Under the pieces are notes generated by a model, which ran no database searches, had not been told where the DNA came from, and was given only the letters and a program-made list of their open reading frames with translations. A stretch of 5,071 bases of DNA from a virus: IMG/VR virus record IMGVR_UViG_3300045988_001025, positions 1 to 5,071 of that record; one strand, 5' to 3'. The position numbers and the translations under genes are program-made. Positions within the stretch are counted from its first letter, which is position 1, and every line of letters starts with the position of its first letter. Shown in pieces: positions 1 through 3,989 of this stretch.

Positions 1-89
1 ATTTTTTTTAATTATTCTTTTCGCGGAAGCAAATATGCTGCGTACCGCCTTAAACCTGATGATTCTAGAGTTATTCGCCTTGATAATGA
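1..89. repeat. Left copy of an 89-nt direct terminal redundancy, identical to 4983..5071. It marks a circular (or concatemeric) 4982-nt genome.
   Basis: Base-by-base comparison shows 1..89 (ATTTTTTTTAATTATTC...CCTTGATAATGA) equals 4983..5071 with no mismatch. The repeat starts at the first base of the window and ends at the last, as expected for an assembly overlap of a circle. Confidence 0.95.
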
Positions 90-189
90 CTATTATGTCA
101 TATCAGCTACGTTATATCTCATGATTCGTAGGTATTTAGTTTCATTTAGAAAAGGAGATGGTTCCTCTGAGACTCTATTCCATCTATGA
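1..189 (+). CDS. C-terminal part of a junction-spanning hypothetical ORF. It is 79 aa once the circle is closed and starts at ATG 4932.
   Basis: Frame 1 is open from position 1 to TGA 187-189 and is in phase with the ORF that starts at 4932 (4983 = position 1 = first base of codon 18). The joined product is MLISELEAVEKFCSNRNIFFNYSFRGSKYAAYRLKPDDSRVIRLDNDYYVISATLYLMIRRYLVSFRKGDGSSETLFHL. By hand count 44/79 codons end in T, against about 22 and 26 T at codon positions 1 and 2, the same T3 bias as the confirmed genes. I recognise no homology, and the SD abuts the start codon. Confidence 0.4.
   Translation: MFFNYSFRGSKYAAYRLKPDDSRVIRLDNDYYVISATLYLMIRRYLVSFRKGDGSSETLFHL
76..103 (+). other. dif-like 28-nt motif, a candidate XerC/XerD recombination site (attP of an integrase-free IMEX-type element).
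   Basis: The site is CGCCTTGATAA-TGACTA-TTATGTCATAT, against E. coli dif GGTGCGCATAA-TGTATA-TTATGTTAAAT. The XerD-side arm matches 9/11, the central region 4/6 and the XerC-side arm 5/11, limited to the inner ATAA. The inner ATAAT-N4-ATTAT palindrome is the same as in dif. The reverse orientation fits much worse. Confidence 0.4.
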
Positions 190-448
190 TAATAAGGCTG
201 AACAATTCAGCCCTCCACAGGTCTACCACAATGACATGCTTGCCTTGCGAGCTTTCGAAGCTTTAGTTAATGATGATAAAACGCTTATTAATACTTATCC
301 TGAAGATTTCAGTCTTCATTATGTCGGTAACCTTGGCGATATTAATGGCCGTTACTATATTGATGGTTCTGACGAAACCCGCGTTCCTGTATTGGTTGGT
401 CGCGCCGTAGATTACGTATATGATGTTGACAAAGACTCCACTAAATGA
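158..448 (+). CDS. VP5: Small non-structural protein resembling gokushovirus ORF5/VP5, the proposed analogue of phiX174 protein C.
   Basis: This 96-aa ORF sits directly upstream of VP3, as ORF5 does in gokushoviruses. Its N-terminus LYSIYDNKAEQFSPPQ...NDMLALRAFEALVND....YPEDFSLHYVG fits my recollection of the VP5 family pattern (hydrophobic-x-DxKA..F..P......A.R.F, then PEDFSL). No in-frame start lies upstream (TAG at 137-139). AAGGAG (152-157) directly abuts ATG 158, an atypical zero spacing. Confidence 0.7.
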   Translation: MVPLRLYSIYDNKAEQFSPPQVYHNDMLALRAFEALVNDDKTLINTYPEDFSLHYVGNLGDINGRYYIDGSDETRVPVLVGRAVDYVYDVDKDSTK

Positions 449-476
449 TACTCTGATTAAGAGCGTATCAGAAAAA

Positions 477-507
477 GGACGGTCTCGAAAGAGATCGCCC
501 TTTTTTT
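477..507 (+). terminator. Rho-independent (intrinsic) terminator downstream of the VP5-like ORF.
   Basis: GGACGGTCTC (477-486), a GAAA tetraloop, then GAGATCGCCC (491-500) form a 10-bp GC-rich stem with one mismatch and one G:T pair. A T7 run (501-507) follows immediately. An A5 run (472-476) precedes the stem, so the element is symmetric. Confidence 0.8.
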
Positions 508-555
508 GTACGCCACGCCCGCCGCGTCTAGGCGCCTGCGAAAGGAGGTGAAACT

Positions 556-1038
556 ATGAGGTTTAAGACAGCTTACGATCCTGTCGAAGAACATGACCAT
601 TGCGGCATTGAATTTACTATGCCGTCTCTCGCCGTTCAGGACGAGAAAGATGAGACCGATATCAACTACATCGTCAATAAGTATGCCGATGGTCAGAAAG
701 GCATAGCCACTCTGGATCTCGGCGATAGTTCGCAGTATGCTTATCTTCAGTTCGGAGATGCAACGCTTCCCGGCGACTACAGTACCGCTCTGGAATTAGT
801 GTCCGGAGTTCGCGAAGAATTCTATAGTCTGCCCGCTTACGTTCGAGCTAAATTCGGTCACGATCCGATGAATTTCATCAGCCAATTGAATAACCCTGAA
901 ACTCTCGATTATCTCCAACGAGAAGGTCTGTATGGGAGCAAATATACCTTTGATGAATCACAACAGTCCGTAAACAATGAGCAAACACAAGAAAAAAGTA
1001 ACACTTTAACTCAAAATAATGAAAATACACAAAAATAG
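556..1038 (+). CDS. VP3: Internal scaffolding protein VP3 (gokushovirus type).
   Basis: The ORF is 160 aa, with GGAGGTG (544-550) 5 nt before the ATG. PSLAVQDEKDETDINYIVNKY and ELVSGVREEFYSLPAYVRAKFGHDPMNFISQL match the conserved blocks I recall for gokushovirus VP3 (SLT-Q..KDE.DIN.IV..., then F..LPA..R..F.NDP..F). It sits immediately upstream of VP1. Confidence 0.85.
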   Translation: MRFKTAYDPVEEHDHCGIEFTMPSLAVQDEKDETDINYIVNKYADGQKGIATLDLGDSSQYAYLQFGDATLPGDYSTALELVSGVREEFYSLPAYVRAKFGHDPMNFISQLNNPETLDYLQREGLYGSKYTFDESQQSVNNEQTQEKSNTLTQNNENTQK

Positions 1039-1087
1039 GCGTCACCGAAGCCAGTTAATTACTTGATGTAACTGGCGTAGGTGACGC
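1039..1087 (+). repeat. 49-nt imperfect inverted repeat (bipartite hairpin) in the VP3-VP1 intergenic region.
   Basis: The outer stem GCGTCACC (1039-1046) pairs with GGTGACGC (1080-1087), and the inner stem GCCAGTTA (1050-1057) pairs with TAACTGGC (1069-1076). They are separated by a symmetric 3x3 internal loop (GAA/GTA). The apical loop is ATTACTTGATG (1058-1068). No T-run follows, so it is not a classical + strand terminator. Confidence 0.8.
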
Positions 1088-1099
1088 AAAAATAAACTA

Positions 1100-1139
1100 A
1101 AACCTAATAATAATTCGCTTTAGGTTAATTATTAGGTTT
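1100..1139 (+). repeat. AT-rich perfect 12-bp inverted repeat (hairpin) just upstream of the VP1 ribosome-binding site.
   Basis: AAACCTAATAAT (1100-1111) is the exact reverse complement of ATTATTAGGTTT (1128-1139), with a 16-nt loop. The loop holds a second TTAGGTT (1120-1126) that can pair with AACCTAA (1101-1107) instead, so two mutually exclusive folds exist. Confidence 0.75.
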
Positions 1140-1161
1140 ACACTTCGAAGAAGGTGAAAAA

Positions 1162-2883
1162 TTGGCTCGAAAAATTAGAGTTAGAGGTCATCGCTTCAGC
1201 GATGCTCCTGCAATGTATATGCGCCGAACCAAGTTCGACCGCTCGCACGTTTATAAGACAACTTTCAATTCAGGCAAGCTTATCCCGGTCTTCGTCGATG
1301 AAGTACTGCCTGGCGATACCACTAGGATGTCTATTAATTACTTCGCTCGTCTCGCTACTCCTATCAAGCCTATTATGGATAACATCTATCTCGATTGGTT
1401 TTTCTTTTTCGTTCCCAATCGCCTAGTATGGGATCATTGGCAGAACTTCTGTTTTGAACAAGAAGACCCTGGTGATCGCACTGATTATGTCATCCCTACT
1501 GTTACCGCTACTAGTAACTCTGATAATGCTTATGTAGGCTCTCTATGGGACTATTTCGGCTTGCCCGTGAATACGTCTGGTAATCTATCTGGTATTAATG
1601 CTCTTCCATTCCGCGCTGTCTACCTCATTTGGAACGAATGGTTTCGAGATGAAAATCTCCAGAAATCCGTTAAGATCCAGAAAGGTGATACCAATGAAGT
1701 ATTGGATTCTTCTCGCGCTGTTGATCAGCCTTCTTGGGTTTTCACATCAGATACTAGTATTGTTCCCGGCTTAGCTTGTCCACCTCGCGGTAAGCGCCAT
1801 GATTACTTTACTTCTGCTCTTCCCTGGACGCAGAAAGGACCCGGTGTATCTATAGGCCTTGCCGGCACCGCTACATTGGTCGATCCTTCGCCTGTTTCAG
1901 GCTATTTCGTCCAGCAATCCAATAACAGCTTAGGTGCTGCTCAGTTCTCGAAGGATGGTGGTGTGCATGAAGTCTTCACTGGTAATGGTTCCTTGATATA
2001 TCAAGGTGGTTATTCTACTTCCATCGCCGGTCACTCTATCAATGGTTCTGGTTCAGCTACTGTTACCGCTCAACCTGGGTCTTCATGGCTTTCGAAATCT
2101 GCTTATGCTGATCTTGACAGTTCAAGCATATTCACTATCAATAGTCTTCGCACTGCGTTTCAGATGCAGAAGTTCTATGAGCGCCTTGCTCGCGGTGGTA
2201 GTCGGTATACTGAAGTGCTTCGCTCTTTCTTCGGCGTGGTTTCTCCTGACGCCAGACTGCAGCGTCCTGAATTCTTAGGCTCTTTCACCAAGATGGTTAA
2301 CGTCAATCCAATAGCTCAGACTTCTGCCACCGACGACACGTCTCCTCAAGGCAATCTCTCTGCTTATGGTGTCACTGCGTCTAGATTCCATGGATTTACG
2401 AAATCTTTCGTCGAACATGGCTATATTATAGGCTTCGTATGTGCGCGTGCCGACCTCACTTACCAACAAGGCATCAATAAGATGTGGCTTCGTTCTACGG
2501 TTTATGACTTCTATTGGCCTACATTCGCGCATCTTGGCGAACAGGCTATTGAGCTTCGTGAGATCTATGCCCAAGGTACTGCATCTGATACTACTGTTTT
2601 TGGCTACCAGGAACGCTATGCCGAATATCGCTATAAACCTTCGCAGATTACTGGCAAGTTCCGTAGCTCTGTAACTGGCGGTAATCTGGACGTCTGGCAC
2701 TTATCCCAGTTCTTCAGTAATGCCCCTACTCTCAATGAGGAATTCATCACGGAGAACCCACCCATTAAGCGCATTATTGCGGTTCAAGATGAGCCTGAAT
2801 TCCTGCTCGATGTAGGCTTCCGTTACACTACTGTACGTCCTATGCCTATGTTCGGTACGCCCGGCCTTGTCGATCACTTCTAG
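1162..2883 (+). CDS. VP1: Major capsid protein VP1 (Microviridae F/VP1 family).
   Basis: The ORF is 573 aa. Hallmark blocks are RRTKFDRSHVYKTTFNSGKLIPVFVDEVLPGDT near the N-terminus and INSLRTAFQMQKFYERLARGGSRYTEVLRSFFGV..DARLQRPEFLG in the C-terminal half. The start is TTG at 1162, 5 nt after GAAGGTG (1150-1156). The roughly 25 residues before FDRS align in length and pattern (F..xP......R..FDRS) with the chlamydiaphage VP1 N-terminus as I recall it, which supports the TTG over internal ATG 1213. Confidence 0.97.
   Translation: MARKIRVRGHRFSDAPAMYMRRTKFDRSHVYKTTFNSGKLIPVFVDEVLPGDTTRMSINYFARLATPIKPIMDNIYLDWFFFFVPNRLVWDHWQNFCFEQEDPGDRTDYVIPTVTATSNSDNAYVGSLWDYFGLPVNTSGNLSGINALPFRAVYLIWNEWFRDENLQKSVKIQKGDTNEVLDSSRAVDQPSWVFTSDTSIVPGLACPPRGKRHDYFTSALPWTQKGPGVSIGLAGTATLVDPSPVSGYFVQQSNNSLGAAQFSKDGGVHEVFTGNGSLIYQGGYSTSIAGHSINGSGSATVTAQPGSSWLSKSAYADLDSSSIFTINSLRTAFQMQKFYERLARGGSRYTEVLRSFFGVVSPDARLQRPEFLGSFTKMVNVNPIAQTSATDDTSPQGNLSAYGVTASRFHGFTKSFVEHGYIIGFVCARADLTYQQGINKMWLRSTVYDFYWPTFAHLGEQAIELREIYAQGTASDTTVFGYQERYAEYRYKPSQITGKFRSSVTGGNLDVWHLSQFFSNAPTLNEEFITENPPIKRIIAVQDEPEFLLDVGFRYTTVRPMPMFGTPGLVDHF
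1991..2006. repeat. Perfect 16-nt palindrome CCTTGATATATCAAGG inside VP1 coding sequence.
   Basis: The sequence equals its own reverse complement (8+8, no spacer). It lies in the variable surface-loop part of VP1 (codons SLIYQG). Confidence 0.9.
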
Positions 2884-2897
2884 AAGGAGTTGGTTAT

Positions 2898-3584
2898 ATG
2901 TCATGGCTCTCAGATACATTAGGTAGTGTTGCTGGTTCTGTTCTTGGATCAGCAGTTCAATATCATTACAATTCCGCTAATGCCGCACAGGCTAACGCGT
3001 GGAATGTCGAAAATTATAAACATCGTTATCAATGGGCTGTAGAAGATATGCGCAATGCTGGTCTGAACCCTATTCTTGCTGCAACCAATGGTATAGGCGG
3101 TTCTATAGCTGGAGCTTCAGCTGCTTCCGTAGGTATGAGTGATATCGGTTCTACTATGAACTCTGCTAGATCCGCTAGTGCCGCTGAACGCCAGGCCAAG
3201 AATGCCGAGCATCTTGCCGGTTCTCAAATTGATAAAAACGCCGCAGAAGCCGATTCTATGCGCCAGAGAACCCATGGTATAGTCCTTGAGAATGGTATTC
3301 TCGCGAATGATTTGAATCTTCGTGAGCAAACTTATGAACAACGTCTTGGTTATGAGCTTCAGCGCATGGATCAGGAACTGGAGAACTTAAGACTCCAAGG
3401 ATCTTATCTCTCTTCAGGCATACTTTCCAACATAGCTTCAGCTAATCAGTCTAATTCTGCCGCGAGTTTCGCGTCCCAAAATGCTCGTCTCTCGAAGCAG
3501 GAAGCTGATTTCTATGATTCGTTAGGCGTTGGCAATTCAGGTCTTGGTCATATTCTTCGCGGTATTGGTTATCTTTTTAAGTAA
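2898..3584 (+). CDS. VP2: Minor capsid / DNA pilot protein VP2.
   Basis: This 228-aa ORF starts 14 nt after VP1, with AAGGAG (2884-2889) 8 nt before the ATG. It has a Gly/Ser/Ala-rich N-terminus followed by YQWAVEDMRNAGLNPILAA, which matches the Y.RAV.DM..AGLNP.LA signature I associate with gokushovirus VP2. A heptad-like central region (LREQTYEQRLGYELQRMDQELENLRLQ) follows. Confidence 0.85.
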   Translation: MSWLSDTLGSVAGSVLGSAVQYHYNSANAAQANAWNVENYKHRYQWAVEDMRNAGLNPILAATNGIGGSIAGASAASVGMSDIGSTMNSARSASAAERQAKNAEHLAGSQIDKNAAEADSMRQRTHGIVLENGILANDLNLREQTYEQRLGYELQRMDQELENLRLQGSYLSSGILSNIASANQSNSAASFASQNARLSKQEADFYDSLGVGNSGLGHILRGIGYLFK

Positions 3585-3600
3585 AGGAGTGTTATAAAAT

Positions 3601-3840
3601 ATGTCCAACAAAACTACTATGATATTAACCTTCATTGTTACCGTCGTTGTTCCCTTCATTCAAGAAGTTGTGGATTTAATTGAAGCTCTGAAAGGTAAAG
3701 CTTCTTCGAACACTGTCACCGCTAAAAAAGTTGCTTCGGACTTTCAAACCGATGTTGCGCAACTTGTTGAGCCAGTTGGTAATACGAGTTCTTCTAAAAA
3801 AACTAGCCGTTTTTTCGGTTCTTGGAGGGACGCTAAATGA
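3601..3840 (+). CDS. Hypothetical small protein with one N-terminal hydrophobic (transmembrane-like) helix and a hydrophilic tail.
   Basis: The ORF is 79 aa. AAGGAG (3584-3589) overlaps the VP2 stop and lies 11 nt before the ATG. Residues 7-20, MILTFIVTVVVPFI, are uncharged and hydrophobic with an internal Pro18, and the rest is polar. About 35/79 codons end in T by hand count, like the confirmed genes. Its stop overlaps the next start (ATGA at 3837-3840). I recognise no homology. Confidence 0.65.
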   Translation: MSNKTTMILTFIVTVVVPFIQEVVDLIEALKGKASSNTVTAKKVASDFQTDVAQLVEPVGNTSSSKKTSRFFGSWRDAK

Positions 3841-3947
3841 GACGTCGAAAATTGTCTAAGCGTGGTTCTCGTCGTCTTTTCCGGCGTACTTCCAGATCCC
3901 GCCGTAAAAATTTCAAGAGAGTAGGACGAGGTGGATTTAGGATTTGA
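3837..3947 (+). CDS. 36-aa arginine-rich DNA-binding/condensing protein, analogous to phiX174 J and gokushovirus ORF8/VP8. It is absent from the supplied ORF track.
   Basis: ATG 3837 overlaps the upstream TGA (ATGA), and GGAGG (3824-3828) lies 8 nt upstream. The translation is MRRRKLSKRGSRRLFRRTSRSRRKNFKRVGRGGFRI, with 14 Arg and 4 Lys of 36 residues, no acidic residue, and a short hydrophobic/aromatic C-terminus as in J. It sits between VP2 and VP4, where the small basic ORF lies in gokushoviruses. Confidence 0.7.
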   Translation: MRRRKLSKRGSRRLFRRTSRSRRKNFKRVGRGGFRI

Positions 3948-3972
3948 CATCCTGACTTAATCCTGATACAAT
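3944..3972 (+). promoter_or_regulatory. Sigma70-type promoter upstream of the replication gene VP4.
   Basis: TTGACA (3944-3949, perfect -35) is followed by a 17-nt spacer whose last three bases are TGA (3964-3966, extended -10 TGn), then TACAAT (3967-3972, 5/6 match). The -35 overlaps the stop codon of the basic ORF. The predicted start near 3979 is the first base of the VP4 SD AGGTGA. Confidence 0.6.
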
Positions 3973-3989
3973 CGGTACAGGTGATTAAT

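Noticed and set aside
22-42. A small hairpin CGC-gga-AGCA-aata-TGCT-GCG, plus GAACTT/AAGTTC (4944-4967) in the junction region and the T8 run at 2-9 as a possible terminator.
   Set aside because: The stems are only 6-7 bp with bulges or large loops. The T8 run is not adjacent to either stem. Such structures are expected by chance in this amount of sequence.
140-189. A programmed +1 frameshift fusing the junction ORF to the VP5-like ORF across their 32-nt overlap (around A AAA GGA G).
   Set aside because: I can identify no slippery heptamer with a downstream stimulatory structure. The VP5-like ORF has its own ATG at a position consistent with homologue length, so ordinary overlapping genes are the simpler reading.
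426-454. TTGACA at 426-431, and another at 2114-2119, as additional promoters.
   Set aside because: The hexamers 16-18 nt downstream (TACTCT; TATCAA/ATCAAT) are poor -10 matches without an extended TG, and both sites lie inside coding sequence. They are not supportable from sequence alone.
3981-3989. GTG 3981 as the VP4 start, as given in the ORF track.
   Set aside because: GTG 3981 lies inside the SD AGGTGA (3979-3984). ATG 3990 follows that SD by 5 nt and gives the N-terminus MVCYNP, which fits my recollection that gokushovirus Rep proteins begin with a Cys-containing M-x-C-x-x-P pattern.
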